DNA from: Planctomycetota bacterium
GTDB taxonomy: Bacteria > Planctomycetota > UBA1135
NCBI GenBank assembly: GCA_045047305.1
Contig: JASFYO010000053.1
Coordinates: 1-35,022, forward strand
Direction: 5' to 3'
DNA: 35,022 nucleotides
Shown here: positions 34,763-35,022 of the stretch, in pieces
Numbering within the stretch: position 1 is the stretch's first letter
How the letters are laid out: each line of letters opens with the position of its first letter
Program-made: the position numbers and the translations under genes
The notes under the pieces: model-generated
What the model was told of the DNA's origin: nothing
The model's database searches: none
What the model saw: the letters and a program-made list of their open reading frames with translations, nothing else

Positions 34763-35022
34763 ATGATGCCCACCCCAGTCGATCGTGAGTTGCAGCAACT
34801 GCTGCGCGAAGTACGGCACATTCGAGTGCAGAGTGCACGTCTGGTGCAGGGCGCTCTGGCTGGTGGCTACCGTTCGGTGTTTCGCGGCACTGGCCTTGAG
34901 TTTGAGGAAGTGCGTGAATATGTCGAGGGAGATGACCCGCGCAGTGTGGATTGGAATGTGACTGCACGTATGGGGCGGCCGTTTGTGAAACGCTTTGTGG
35001 ATGAGCGTCAGTTGAACTTGGC
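34763..35022 (+). CDS. DUF58 family protein (MoxR-associated), 5' part only
   Basis: Absent from the ORF track. My translation gives MMPTPVDRELQQLLREVRHIRV...YRSVFRGTGLEFEEVREYVEGDDPRSVDWNVTARMGRPFVKRFVDERQL, running off the window end. Confidence 0.92.
   Translation, partial: MMPTPVDRELQQLLREVRHIRVQSARLVQGALAGGYRSVFRGTGLEFEEVREYVEGDDPRSVDWNVTARMGRPFVKRFVDERQLNL

Noticed and set aside
1..35022. CRISPR arrays, tRNA/rRNA, IS elements, defence systems, PEP-CTERM/exosortase genes
   Set aside because: Intergenic gaps are all under about 250 bp and show no such repeats or structures; no matching protein motifs were seen, despite the PEP-CTERM-locus-type deacetylase domain.

Overview
A gene-dense bacterial window of roughly mid-50s % GC (estimated by eye). 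Gene content suggests a Planctomycetota/PVC-like organism, but that is inference only. About 28 kb (55-28300) is a Wzx/Wzy-type surface or exopolysaccharide locus. It encodes Wza, a Wzc whose kinase motifs are all degenerate, Wzx (with an in-frame G11 tract), a Wzy-like protein, six stand-alone glycosyltransferases (one GT26, one GT4, four GT2), WecB, RmlABCD, two paralogous family-3 acyltransferases and three different sulfotransferases. It also encodes an 896-aa deacetylase / degenerate-deacetylase / GT2 triple fusion and a divergent lipoprotein with GH-A-like motifs. The right end carries an HTH-PTS EIIA gene coupled to a ClC-CBS anion transporter, a glutaminyl cyclase next to a secreted protein predicted to start with Gln, a MoxR ATPase and a truncated DUF58 gene. 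Five genes show an identically spaced TAnnnT-N6-start signature of leaderless transcription. No rRNA, tRNA, CRISPR array or mobile element was seen. The best candidate for a new system is a sulfated, acylated, deacetylated polysaccharide pathway with two apparent pseudo-enzyme domains and a possible phase switch. All calls come from motif reading without database searches.
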